Origin: Rhynchobatus australiae
Taxonomy: Eukaryota
Assembly: GCA_034780895.1 (NCBI GenBank)
Contig: JAUZTB010000057.1
Span: 8,846,021 to 8,910,020 of the forward strand
Reading direction: 5' to 3'
Length of the DNA stretch: 64,000 bases
The notes under the pieces are model-generated. The model searched no databases. It worked only from the letters and a program-made list of their open reading frames with translations, and was not told where the DNA came from. The position numbers were made by a program, and so were the translations under genes. Positions 10,540 to 23,080 of the stretch are shown in pieces (position 1 is the stretch's first letter; each line of letters opens with the position of its first letter).

Positions 10540-13074
10540 CTAGCAGCCTAATAGGTCAGGGTCCCTGTCGGATAGATTAGCTCAAAATGATCAGCAATTT
10601 CCCTGTAGGACTCCGTTATTGGCCTTCCTCCTGGAATCGCTTGTTTTCCTTCTACTTTTACACTCAGAAATCTGTACACGGCATTCAACGTAGAACTCAG
10701 TTCCTGTCTCAACTTCAATGGGCACTAAATTAAGAGTCAGTACCCTTGCTCATTAAGTGAGCAAGTTTCACCTCTTGGACCATCTGCAATTATTAAGGAG
10801 CATAAAAGCGTAGCTTGATGTGGTGAATTCTTCATTATCCGTCCAACTGTGTCTCTGGGTAGGGTATATGCCAAACATTGGCAGCTCTAGCTGACTATTA
10901 CTGTAACCATTAACAGCAACTTTATTTTAACAGTACAATATCACACTTCACATACCAGTAAGACTCTCTCAAGACTGTCAAAACTGCCACTTTAGCACTG
11001 TGCAGGTTAACCAGAAGTAATGGAACATTGTGTGTTAAGGGAACTGGGTGGTTACATAATGTTCTGTCCTTTCAACCATAAACGCAGGGCTTGAACCAAC
11101 ACCAGAGAGAATTCTCCCATCTTCAGTGGCCCAGAGNNNNNNNNNNNNNNNNNNNNNNNNNNNNNNNNNNNNNNNNNNNNNNNNNNNNNNNNNNNNNNNN
11201 NNNNNNNNNNNNNNNNNNNNNNNNNNNNNNNNNNNNNNNNNNNNNNNNNNNNNNNNNNNNNNNNNNNNNNNNNNTTGTGTCAGCAAACAGGCAGTCAATG
11301 CGTGTGAAAAGACAAATACTCACTGTGAAGCAGCAAAATCAAGACTACTTCATGGGTCGGTCAATGTACAACTGGTCAAGTAGAGGCACCTTTACTTTAT
11401 GCCCGCCACATACTGTATCCAATTGAAGAATGTAAACGCTACTCTGCTTCTTGAATGTACTGTGGCTTGAGAGAAATTGATAGAGAAGCACAGGAAGAAC
11501 TTCAAGCTGCACCAGGCCTTAGTGCTTGATGGTGCAGTGTGGAAGGTGTTGTATTCTGCCTCCAGCCTATATTCTGTTCAGCCAGGGAGCACTCGATGCC
11601 AACGCAGGGTGAGGAAGGCAGACAAGCACTCAATCCCCTAGTATCAACATACTGACAGTACAAAAAGGAGCTTTGTGGAAAGAAAGCAAAAGGAAGTGTA
11701 CAGATCTAAAGGCAGCAGCCAGCTCCCAGTGCAGTCTTCATATCCCATCATCCTCCGTTTACACAAATGGGCAACTTTACATTGCTGAATATGTTTTAAT
11801 TGGCCCATTGCTTATGTGTAGGCCACTGCTAACGTTAGCTGCCAAAAATGCACCAGTAGAGCACAAAGGGCATACTCCCTAGGCCCCGCTGTCCAGTGCC
11901 AACCTGGCTCAGCACTTCCCTACAGTGCCCAAGTGCAACAAAGCCTGAACTTTCATCGAGTTAGTCCACCTCAGCAGAATAAGAGGAAATAAAATTGACA
12001 TTGGTACTTCTGAAAAGGTGAAGAAAATTAGCTGCAGCTCACGCACACACCTGGTGTCTGGTTTACAAGCAGCTGTAGAAGATTTAGCCAAAAAAATCTC
12101 ACTCCCCCAGTTTTTAATTCCTCCTGTCCTGAAGACAAGACATCAGATCGAGTTAGGGTCTCAGAGATCCTGCCAGATGAGAAAGCAAACACCTCATTGG
12201 CAAGCATCAGTGGTAACGTGGCCTCCTTTACCAAAGAAGTAGAGGCTGATCACTTGATTGCCAAGCCCAAACCTGGCCGCCACCCTGATAGATGTGACTG
12301 GATAACAACTTGGAGCAGGTAACTTCCACAGAACTCTTGAGAGCAATTGTGAAGTCAGAGCCGGGGGACTTTCACGTTTGTGCAGCACAAGCCGGCACTT
12401 TTAGCTAACAGTAAAAACTATTGGTTAATATTTCTTTAAAATGGACAGTCCTTGGAGCCACAGAGCCCAGAAGCTGGCTCAGTGAGGTTCTCTCACACGC
12501 TGGGAAGAGGAGCACATTGGAAATGTGTTTCTCCTTGTCCAGCTTCCAAGGCCTGGGAACGAGCAGTAAAGCCTGAGCAGTCTCTCCCCACAGGTGGCTA
12601 GTACTCTGGCACGGAAGGCAGCCCAGTTAATGGAGCACTGCTGGACTGCAGATGTTGCCCACGGCTCTGCACTCGTATAAGACGGGATGAAAGAACAGCG
12701 GCTTCAAAACAAAAAACTGCTGAGCACAGCAACCAGAGGTGCCATTACCTAACGGGAAGCTCTCAACCACACAGATCATTTAAAGAGACATGGTCTCTCG
12801 TTTAGAATCTTTATAAAGGGCCCACGTTGGGAAATTCACTTCAAATACAATTACACCAATTGAAGCTCAGCACTCACGCCACAGTGACAGAAGCCAACGC
12901 TTTACCATGTCCTCAAAACATTCCAGAGGAACAGTTCACCTTTTCAGCCTGGTGAAGGCTTTGCCAGCAAGAATGTTCAATCCTGATGAAAGGTCAGATG
13001 TGCAGAAGTGTCAAACTCTCCACACTCCCACCAGTGTGGGTTTTGGTTTTAAGGTGTCCACCAATTACAGGTTT

Positions 13075-13372
13075 TAGTGGTGCCACTGGCTGGGTGTATT
13101 CCTAGTGGTTTTAATCTCCCACCCTAAACAGCCCTACCCTCAACTCACCCACCCTCCAAATACTCTGTCTTCCCATCAACTGGAAGGCAAGCAGATTCAG
13201 TTACCCAATTCACTAACATTGACTGTTTTGGGAAAAGGATCCAGTTTGACCCAACTCCAACGATAGTAATAACTAATAAAGTTTTCAAAGAAGGCAAGTT
13301 TACTCTTATTTTGCTCAGAGCATTGCCCAGATTAATCTTCAATTCTAGGACAAATATTGGAGCAGTGTAACC
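13075..13372. mobile_element. Possible ancient non-autonomous DNA-transposon remnant
   Basis: Ends agtggtgccactggctgggtgtattcctag and attaatcttcaattctagg...ggagcagtgtaacc loosely resemble recalled AGGGTTGCCAAC-terminated vertebrate elements. Confidence 0.3.
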
Positions 13373-13854
13373 TTTACAGTTTCATATCTATTACTGCACT
13401 GTAAAGGATATAATGAGTAAATGTTGAGCTCCATTGCCCAACAGGAAACTAAAAGAATTGGGCGCAACAGTTTTTACACTTCACCCATTAAAATCCTATC
13501 TAGTCACATCCCCTTTTATCCTCTAATCATTCTTTAGATCTTTCAACTCAAGATTCAGTGATGACCCATTTAATCATTAAGTACCTCCAATGTAACCTAC
13601 TTCAGTGCTCTGAGCAGGAGGATAGAACTACTTTTGCAGTCAGAATAGTGTCGTGGACAGTGAGAAGGAATTGAATACCGCAGGTTGCAGAGTTCTGAAA
13701 ACCTTTCTAGGTTCTCAATGTGTGCAACTTGGGTATGGTGGGAGAGGAAAAGGGAAACCTAGAACCGAGATACCAGATTAACAGCCGAACAAAACTGGCA
13801 GTGAATGGATCTAGCAGCTGTAAAGATGAAAGGTGGGTTCCAGTAGAGGGTCCC

Positions 13855-14430
13855 CACCTGAAGCACCACGGCCTCGAAATATTTTAGTGACCGGCGATCT
13901 GCATAAAACCAGCACCCTGTCCAAGGTGGGGCCAGCGGTCACGGTCACTTCTGTGTGAGGTGGTATTGTGCTGTGAACACAGTCCGATACATTGTGGTCT
14001 TACAACCCATGCAGAGATAACAGAGGAAATCAGGTGGGCTCTAGGGGTGGGAGGCTGGTTTGGAAGAATCAGACAGAGGGAGTTGGGGGGGGGGGCTGGG
14101 ATATTGGCCGATACAGGCATGGCATCAGGCACGTCAGAAGGTGTGCATTACAATGTCTGGGGCCTGGGAACATTCACGTGGAAGACAACTGGAGAGTGGG
14201 GACACAGGAGACTGCAGATGCTGGAAATCTGAAGCAATACACAAAGTACTGGAGGAACCCCACAGCAGGCACAGGGCTGGTTTTATGCACACTTTCAGGC
14301 ACTAATTTCTAAGTGTTTCAGGTGATTATTAAATCTGGGACTTTACTCCTCCATTTCTCTTTTCTTCACCCAGGACTTGTGCTTTTTTCATGCACCAACA
14401 TCCACTGGGTTTTATGCATAAAACAATTTT
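13855..14430. mobile_element. MITE-like inverted-repeat element(s), with a Penelope terminus fragment at ~14200-14268
   Basis: 13855-13920 is an imperfect reverse complement of 14271-14324 (perfect core tgcataaaaccagc/gctggttttatgca); palindrome gttttatgcataaaac at 14409-14424. Confidence 0.55.
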
Positions 14431-14614
14431 AAATCATTTTTCCACCAGTTCAGCTGTTCCAGAAATCACAACCACCCGACCTTCTCCTGTCAGAAAGGCA
14501 GAGGCTGCAAACTGTTGTTTTTCCTGCTAGGAACAAGGACATGAAGCCCCTCCAAATTATTTGGTATAGGTTAATGCCCGAGGTTCCATTTGCTCCAAAT
14601 CATATAATTGGTAT

Positions 14615-14900
14615 TAGGTTTGGTTCAGTAGCATCACACTTGCCTCTGGGTCAGAAGGTTTGGACTCATGCCCCACTCCAAAGTCTTAAGCATAAAATGT
14701 AGGCTGATGATCCCAGTGCAATATTAAACCATCCATCTGACTTACTAGGAAGGTATAAAAAAAAGGATCCCACAATGCAATGAAGAACAACAGGCCAATA
14801 TTTACCCCTTAACCAAGGGAGGTAAAACAGATTATACGGTGGTTAGCACATTGTTACGTGCAGGGCCTCTCTCTTTGCTTGCTGTATTTCCAGCACTCCA
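14615..14900 (+). mobile_element. SacSINE1-like Deu-domain SINE
   Basis: cttgcctctgggtcagaaggtt...ccactcca...ggctgatgatcccagtgca...aaggatccca...ggccaatatttacccct...aaaacagattat. Confidence 0.65.
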
Positions 14901-15384
14901 GTGGACCCACCCCTAAGACTTGCTACAACAAGAGTTGACTACTCGCTTGCCATCCGAAGCACTGGGTTAGCTGACTTTCTACCAGCTTTGCCAGTCAATA
15001 CCTAATCCCAGTTTTAACCACAGGATGCAGGAATGTACCAAAAAAGAGCTTGAAACATTTCAGTCATCTTAAACAAGGAGCGTTCATCAACTTTTATAGT
15101 GCAACCTTTTGGGAAAGCTCTCAGCTAAATGGGAACAGAAATGCAACTTAACAATTTTGCTGTGGTTGGGAGATTCAGCCTATATCCTAGATCTTCTGCT
15201 ATAAAGTCAGACAGAAGCAGCTGAAGTCGGCTGGAACTGAATTTCTAGCAATGGGAACTGGCCATTCAGCTCAGCTAATCTAAAGGTACTGTTTACAGAC
15301 CAATGAATAACCCCTCGCTCAACTTCATTTCAACCAATCAGCATAATTTCTATTCCTAGCATGAACCAGCATAGCACAGGACAC

Positions 15385-15545
15385 AGAGAGAAGGCATTAA
15401 TGGGTCTCTTCCCTGCTTGGCAAGATGTAATGACTGAAGTCTCACAGAGATTGGCATTTGAGCCTCAACCTTATGTAAAGGACTTGGACGAGGGCACAAA
15501 GCACGATTGCTAAATTTTCTGATGACACAGAGATAGGTTGGGAAA
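15385..15545 (+). mobile_element. CR1 RT fragment
   Basis: INGSLPCLARCN... followed by taaattttctgatgacacagagataggt (KF(A)DDTK-like). Confidence 0.55.
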
Positions 15546-15554
15546 GCAAGTCAG

Positions 15555-15760
15555 GCGGGAACTGCATTTCCAAGTCAAAACAGTTTGTGCTGGGGGATGG
15601 GGGAAAGAGACGTCCGTGGGTGGTGGTGTTCCCCTGCACCTGCCTCCATTGTCCTTCTTGAAGGGAAAGCTGGCAGCTTTGGAGGTGCTGTCAGAGTAGC
15701 TGGTGTAAGTAACTGCAGTGGAGTTTGTAGATTGTAGACAATACAGCTACAATGCACCTG
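15555..15760 (-). mobile_element. Old LINE RT C-terminal fragment (family uncertain)
   Basis: Minus peptide CIVYNLQTPLQ...PSRRTMEAGAGEHHH resembles a common chondrichthyan LINE C-terminus. Confidence 0.45.
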
Positions 15761-16974
15761 TAATTAAGGGAGTGAATGAATCTCCTCCCCCTCCCCATAT
15801 ACCAGGCAGCTTAGCCAAAGCTTCAGAGTACGAAACTCCTTCCTCCTTCATTTGCTTAACTAGCTCCCCTTTAAAATTTAATCCATTCATCTGCACTACT
15901 CCACATGGCAGAGAAATACACACTCTCAAACAGCACCATTTTGTTTAAGCCATTCTTATGGTAGCCTCTTCTTTTAGATCCACCATTTTCTCCTTCCTCT
16001 CCTAATGCTGTGTCTTGACCCTGCGTTTCTCCCACAGATCCAGCAGCAGGCATTTATCCAGCAATCTCCAGTCTGGATTTTAGACACCCAAAGGAGTTGC
16101 AGAACCACAGAAGCCTCACCCAGTCTCCTCCCCTACGACTTTTCTTCCAACACAACTCTTTGCTCACCTTCCCTGTTAGCTCAGCATCAATATTTGCTTG
16201 GTAACAGTCCAGTGAAGCAACCTGTGACACCTTAATATATTAAAAGTCACCATAGGAGTGCACACTGTTGTTGTCTGCACCCAGTGTCTAAATATGTGCA
16301 GACATACAGGAGAAATATTGGGNNNNNNATGCCATATTGCTTTGGCCAGAAGTGAAGCCATCTGTAGCACAGATCCTATCGGTGGCCCAACAAAGATGCA
16401 AGAGGTGAGTGCACTTTGGGGAACAAGCAGAGGACATCTCTGCTCCATGTGGCTGGGTCCTGTACTGGCCAGCACTTGCCCTTACTATCCCTTGCAATCT
16501 TTTCACACAAGGCAGCCACCATTTTACAATAGGTTACGCTTGAGTGTTTTGTTATTAAGAAAATTCTGTAATGCACTATGTTAGCAATTAAGATGCTATT
16601 TTGTGGCAACAGTTTCTTCAGAGTAGGAAGAGTACAATTCATCCCTGGGACCAGACGCAGTCAATGATGTAACAAGCCTTCCCCTAAAACTATCAGCCAT
16701 TGTTGTGAGCATTGGCTTGGTCATTGCTCGAAATGTCACAGCGAGCAGGGTACTATTTACACCACTTTCCCATATCCTTAAATCGCACCCAATCAGCTGT
16801 GCTATTAAAATTATTCCTGTTACAACTCTTTGGTGAAATAGCAATGGGATTTAGAAGTTAAATGCATCTGGACCTACAATTCTCGTAGAATCCAGTTGCT
16901 GAATTGCATAACAGTGCTCCTCCTACACCTTTCCAGTAGGATGATGAACCCATCTCATCAACTCCATGTGCAAT

Positions 16975-17100
16975 TGGAGACATCGAAGGTTGCAAATGCT
17001 GGAATCTGGATCAAAAACCAAACAAAATGCTGGAGTAACTCAGCAGGTCAGGCAGCATCTGTGGAGGGAAATGGACAGTTGACATTTCAGGTCAAGACCA
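16975..17100 (-). mobile_element. Penelope-like terminal fragment
   Basis: tgcaaatgctggaatctgg...tgctggagtaactcagcaggtcaggcagcatctgtggagggaaatggacagttgacatttcaggtcaagacc. Confidence 0.75.
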
Positions 17101-17334
17101 AATGTGCAGGAGGTTGCGAACAGGCTTCCATTCAAAGATGCATCATAAAACAAGCGCAGATATTGAGCAAATTGTACCATCAGTTGATCCCAGAGCCAGC
17201 CTCAGACCAAGCAGTTGGTCATTGGTACAGTTGATAGTAAAGTGCAGAGTTCCATTTAGCAGCAGAATTAAGCAGGAGCCTGAAATAATCCTGGGGCGAG
17301 GAAGCCGAGAGTGATGACCTCCAAAAAGGGAAAG

Positions 17335-17530
17335 GAGTCACAGCCCTACAGCATGGAAGACAGCCCAACTGGTCCAGGTCGACCAAGGTGTCCATCCAAG
17401 CTCGTCCCATTTGCCAGCGTTTGGTCCACATCTTTCTAAACCTTTCCTGTCCATGTACCTGTCTCTTTTAAAAGCTGTTACTGTACCTGCCTCAACCACT
17501 TCAACTGGCAGCTCATTCCACATACGTACC
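17335..17530 (-). mobile_element. CR1 3' fragment
   Basis: Minus ORF RMWNELPVEVVEAGTVTAFKRDRYMDRKGLERCGPNAGKWD. Confidence 0.85.
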
Positions 17531-20324
17531 AGTCCAGACAGACTGTGGTCACAGATTTGCACAAGGATGAAGAATACAGTTTGAGTGCAAGCCCCTAAAG
17601 TAGCATAGTTTTTGCTGGTGGGTAAACCAGTTGTTTACTTGGAGAACAACCGGATTTTAAACAAGAACTAGCATTCCCTTTTCAGATCAACAAGGTCAGA
17701 AGTATCACCACAGACGAACCCTTCAAGTTGCACTTGAGATCACTTGGGGGGGGGTCTGCAAGCTCTCTGCCAAGAACAACGTGCTGGGGAAGAACGAAAA
17801 TCCCACTGAGTGATTAGGAGACATTTCCTGGCAGACATTACATAACCCAGAAATAGGCGGGCAAAGCTGCTGGCCCATTGTCTTTTGGGAGACTTGAACT
17901 GTAGGCTTGAAAGAGGGGAAGATCAGCAGTGGAGAGCCACTTGGCTGATGAAAAACAACTGTTGGGAAGAGGGTTGGAAGTGATGGCTCTACTTTTACCC
18001 TTAGTGCAAACAATCTTTCGAACACGAGCAAACATCTGCAGGGTTAACAGTGGAAGACGTCCAGCGGAGTCCCTTGTTCTTCTTTCCCCATTAACCTGCT
18101 CTGTGCTGCTCCAGTCTGTGCACTGGTCTTTGGAAAAAGTGAGCAACTGTAAAGTGCTACCGAACGTCAATCAAGGAAAGGTGTGCAGGGACGAAGGAGT
18201 TTAATAAATAGCTTGCAGATGTTACACACTGCCTAGTAAAAACAATCTAATTTGACTGTTATTGTCTAATACGAGGGCTGCCTATGGGAATAGGGTCAGG
18301 GAGAGCACTTTAAAGTGTCTTTTTAAATTAAAAAAAGACCCAGTTAATGGGTAAAAGGCAATAATATTTATGCTCACTCAAACACCCAGAATCAGCNNNN
18401 NNNNNNNNNNNNNNNNNNNNNNNNNNNNNNNNNNNNNNNNNNNNNNNNNNNNNNNNNNNNNNNNNNNNNNNNNNNNNNNNNNNNNNNNNNNNNNNNGATT
18501 TGTTAGGCAACAGTTAGCGCTACACAAGCTCATGAACAAATTCTCTCCCCAGTGAACAGAATTGCTACAGCTGGTGATCTGGGGCATTAACTCAGTGCAA
18601 CAATCCTCATTCCTTGATCTGGGTTGGGTGCAGGGTAGAGGGAAAGGAAAAGAGAAGAGATGGTTCTGTTTTTTGCTTCCATATTCCAGAAGAAAAAAAA
18701 TTGTCCACAAAGTAGTAATGCCTTCTATTGTCGAATATCTGTCAGAGCACTCACTGAATTTCCCACCAGATTCAGGCTCAGTCCCACCAAGAAGGAGCAG
18801 CAGGATTTTTGGTTGTTTTTGTTCAATAACTGGTCAGTTGACCCACTAGAATAAAAGTGTAAACTGGATAAGACACCAAGCCCTTACAGAACAGAGTGGT
18901 TACTCTATCTTACCTCCTAAGCATATCAAAGAAAGGCTCGTTAAAATAGGGGCCTCTATCCAAAAACCCACTACATTGTCCATATCATTGCTCTCAGACG
19001 GAAGTGAATTTAGTCTGCAAACCACCTGGGTTTAAAGTAGATGGCCAATTTTGTTGCCAGGTTCTCTTTAAAGGATGTCACAGTTTCAGAAGTTAGCCCC
19101 AATAACTGCCCAATGGGAGTAACAGCCTCATCGAGGGGAATCACCACAACCAAATCACTTTACAATTTGGAATTGCAGCCACTGTTTTAACACAGGGATT
19201 ATTACCCGAAGTATTAAATAAAGTGAGCAACACCAACTTGACTCCTCTCACCAGAGATTTTGTAATAACCACTACCACCAAAAGTGGATAGATGAACCAT
19301 ATTGTACAAGCTAGAGTTACGGCTGCCAGCAATACCCCACTTTTATCCTCATCTGTGATCAGTTACCCAATTTTAGTTGCAATGGCTCATTATAATTTCC
19401 TCAGAACAAGAGATTAAAACAACATACCAAGCTGAGAGGCCTCATTCCCCATCAACAACCTATAACACTGATTGAACCAAGTGACAAAGCAACCCCTCCC
19501 ACAGCTGAACAACACACTGATTCAAGAATGGCTGTCCCAGATCCAGGAAAATATTTATCCCTCAAAAAACACACAACTGCAAATCTTTCTAGTGGTTTGC
19601 AGGATCTTTCTACAGTAAAAAAAAGTAACTACGCTGTAAAAAGTAGGTAATTGTTGTAAAGCAATTTTAAGCTTTTGTAGGTCGTAAAGGACATTATAAA
19701 ATTCCAAATTCTTTCATCTTTTCCCGCTGGCCAGAATGAATTAACTTCAGGAGAGACAGGCACAAGACTCACTTTTCAACNNNNNNNNNNNNNNNNNNNN
19801 NNNNNNNNNNNNNNNNNNNNNNNNNNNNNNNNNNNNNNNNNNNNNNNNNNNNNNNNNNNNNNNNNNNNNNNNNNNNNNNNAGACAGGCACAAGACTCACT
19901 TTTCAACATTCACCAAGTGACCACCCAGTTTATCCCAGAGTCTTATTGTTCAGGATTGCAACATGAAAGTGGTTAATCAATGGGGCCAGTGATGTCTTAT
20001 GCCACCACAGTTGGCAACTTTGCTGCCAAAGAACATTTTGAAAGTAATCCTAAACTCCATTGTACTCCGGCAGTGAGACATGACTAATCCCTGACCCACT
20101 TCCATGATTTGTAGACACTGCCAGTGAACCATTTGAAAAAAAGGTGGGGGGGGGGGGGGAAAATTGCTTGCATTTTTAATTTAAAGTTGAAAATCTTAAC
20201 TCTATTTGTGATCTCTTTTGATATTACTGTCCATGTACAAGGTTTGTTCCATTTATTTCCTTACAACAATACATGCAGAAGGACTTGGCTTGTTCTTTTT
20301 GTACTCAGTTCTTGCCTTCTTGCC

Positions 20325-20780
20325 ACAGAGATGACATGATGATTAACTGTATCCAGCACACTCCCATCCTGCCTGCCACATTTTATTTTCCGGAAACTCC
20401 AAGTCATCCAAAACGTTGCTCCCAGTGCCCTGATTTGCACCGTCCTGTTCACCCACCACTCCCGTGATTCTTGATCGCCAATAGCTCTTCAATCAGCACC
20501 ACGGCCACATCCTGACCCACCTCTGTAAACTTATCCAACTCAAGGGCCCCAGGTGTGGCCTCTCCAATCCTGGCATTTTTAACCATCCCACCAATGATAC
20601 CTTCAGCTGTCAAGGCTTCAAGCAGATCATCTCCAATCAAGTCTTTGGTCAACAGGCCTAAGCTCTACCTGTTTTAATCGCACACCCCCCCCCCATCCTC
20701 CCACAATTTAATTGGATTGGTAAAGTGCCTTGGGAAGACTCGTTGTTAAAGGTGCCATTTGAATACTTTAACATTACAAC
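20325..20780 (+). mobile_element. L2-type LINE 3' fragment
   Basis: RKLQVIQN...TPVI motif, ccttcagctgtcaagg, and tail gtaaagtgccttgggaagac...ttaaaggtgccattt. Confidence 0.6.
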
Positions 20781-21884
20781 CCCAAACACAGATGTACCTG
20801 GGACCAATGTCAGGTTACTCAGACTGCGGGAAGAAATGCTCCTCCTATCTCAGTTGATGGTTAAATGACAGGCTGGTAAATGACTGCACTCCAAAGCGGT
20901 CATTAGAACACATCATACCACTCCTCAGTCTCCTCCGTAACACTGGTTGTCACAAAGGTGTGGTGTCAATCCAGCTAACCTAATAGTATCAGAGTGACAG
21001 ATGTGGGGAATGCGATACCGTAACTGTCCTTTTTTTGAAATGTATAAATTAACAGATTTTGTACTAATGACTTCAAAATCAATGTGTAGATAGGAGGTTG
21101 TCAACATTTAGCATGGATTATTCTCTAAATCAAAAATGAAATCCAGCCCTTGCTGCCTTGATCAATATCAACGGGTTGTCCAGATGGTGCAAATCTACAG
21201 TTTCAGACCTAATGACATACAGACAAGACATTGTATGTCAAGTCCCTCGAGACCTCCAGAATGCATCTCTTAAAAGCATAATTGTGCTGAGGAGGTCTAA
21301 GTATTTCATGCTTTGCGCTGTTCAATCTGCATTCTCTTTACTTTCCTAAAATTCCTTATCTAGGAAATTAGTCCGAGTTGATAAAACCTTGCTTTCATGG
21401 ATTAAGTTGCACATTGCAAAGAAAACACGTTTGCCACTACCTCACGGCCACAGAGGCCAAGTGGTAACAGAGGCTCTGCTGAGTTTGTATGACCCCACCT
21501 AAATGTATCCAATACCAAGCACCCTTTTAATGGAATTATTCCTTTAAATGCTATCACTTGGGTGAGTAATTGAATCTACAACTTTGCAAGGGCAGGCAAG
21601 ATTGACACAAAAGGTTATTAACTCAAAGACCCCAATGAATTAAATGCCTCAAAAATCCACTACTGAAAAGCATCAAACACTACGTGGATAGTATTCCCAC
21701 TCCACCAATCGCCTGACATGGTGTCTAATAATTGTGCTCATTTCTCCATGAAAAGACTTCTTTAAAAATCATTTCCACTTTTGATCACCAAAGTTATCAT
21801 AGACCTCCTTGGCAAGGAGCAAATTAGTTTTCAGCATTAGTACACAATGTGCACAAAAGGGTGGTACAGAGGGTACCTCTGGTG

Positions 21885-22110
21885 TAGTCAGAGCCCTACA
21901 CCACAGAATCAGGCCCTTCAGCCCAACTCACCCATGTCGACCAAGATGCCTATCTAAACTAGTCCCATTTTCCCACGTTTAACCCATATCCCTCTAAATC
22001 TTTCCTAAGTACCTGTCCAAATGTCTTTTAAGTATCAGGGTCATTCCATTTCCGCATCACCCGCTGAATGAAGATGCCCCTCGGGTTCCTTTTAAATCTT
22101 TCCCCTCTCA
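21885..22110 (-). mobile_element. CR1 3' fragment
   Basis: cacagaatcaggcccttcagcccaactc...ccatatccctctaaatctttcc. Confidence 0.75.
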
Positions 22111-22320
22111 GCTCCAGCAACCAGGGTTCAATCCCAACCTCGGGCATAGCTCTGTGGAGTTTGCACATTCTTCAAATTAATGCAGGCAAGTGCACCCCTT
22201 TCCTCTCAAGCTAATTGGCCACTGCTAATTGGTCCTGGTGAATGGTAGAATCAGGGAGGGAGCTGATGGAAATGCCGGGGGGGGGGTGGTATTGTGTTTG
22301 ATGGTCAGCATGGATGAGGC
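22110..22320 (+). mobile_element. Partial HE1-like SINE
   Basis: agctccagcaaccagggttcaatcc...tgtggagtttgcacattc. Confidence 0.6.
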
Positions 22321-22479
22321 AGTTCCCACACTGACTCCTTCCCCCACATTCCAGAAGGTTGGACGGGACAATTATTATTCACCATCCCTCTGGTTTTCTG
22401 AAGAAGTTTTTGATCTGTGGTCAACACAAAGGTAACGGATTTCATTAGTGGAGGGTCTGCTACTAGAAAGAACAGAGAA

Positions 22480-22810
22480 TGGGCAGCCATAGTACAGAGA
22501 GCAGTGATGATTCGTAGCTCCAGCGATCCCTGTTCGATTCCAGCCTCTGGCGCTGCACACTTTCATCGTGAGGGCTTCCCCCAGGTGCTCTGGTTTCCTG
22601 CCACATCTCAAGGACGTGTTGGCTGGAGGGTTCATTGGTTACTGAAAATTACCCTGTGTGCGTGTACGGTGGGAGAATGGGGGGGGGGGGGTGGTTTGGG
22701 GACATTAATGGGCACATTCAATGTTAATGGGAAATAAGTCAGGGGGAATGGGATTGCTCTGAGATCCAGCATAGATTTGATGGGCTGAATAGCCCATGTC
22801 ATATGGGAAT
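22480..22810 (+). mobile_element. HE1-like SINE
   Basis: agctccagcgatccctgttcgattcc, ggtgctctggtttcctgccacatctcaaggacgtg, tail tgggctgaatagcc. Confidence 0.7.
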
Positions 22811-22944
22811 ATGAAATATGTTAAAGTAAAAGGTGAAATTAGTTTTCAGCATCAGCATAATTCTGCTGCTGCAGCAGCAGCTACTGCCCAGTTTGCAATG
22901 CAAAGAAAATCGATCCAGTACAAATTGGATGGCTAATCCATTTG

Positions 22945-23080
22945 TTCCAAAAACAAAACTGCTGGAAAAACTCAGCAGGTCAATCAGTATCTGTGGAGGC
23001 AAAGTGATGGTCAACCCACTGAGTTGTTCCAGCAGTTTGTTTTCTGCTCCAGATCCCAGCATCAGCTGTACCTGGCATCT
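22945..23080. mobile_element. Penelope-derived fold-back mini-element
   Basis: aaacaaaactgctggaaaaactcagcagg ... cccactgagttgttccagcagtttgtttt are inverted arms. Confidence 0.7.

Noticed and set aside
9912-10580. Long ORFs containing X runs (also 24180-24623, 34319-35071, 50026-50394, 58201-58812)
   Set aside because: Artefacts of translating through N gaps.
19754-19907. 27-bp direct repeat flanking a 100-N gap
   Set aside because: Identical sequence on both sides of a standard-size gap: unmerged contig overlap, not a TSD or CRISPR repeat.
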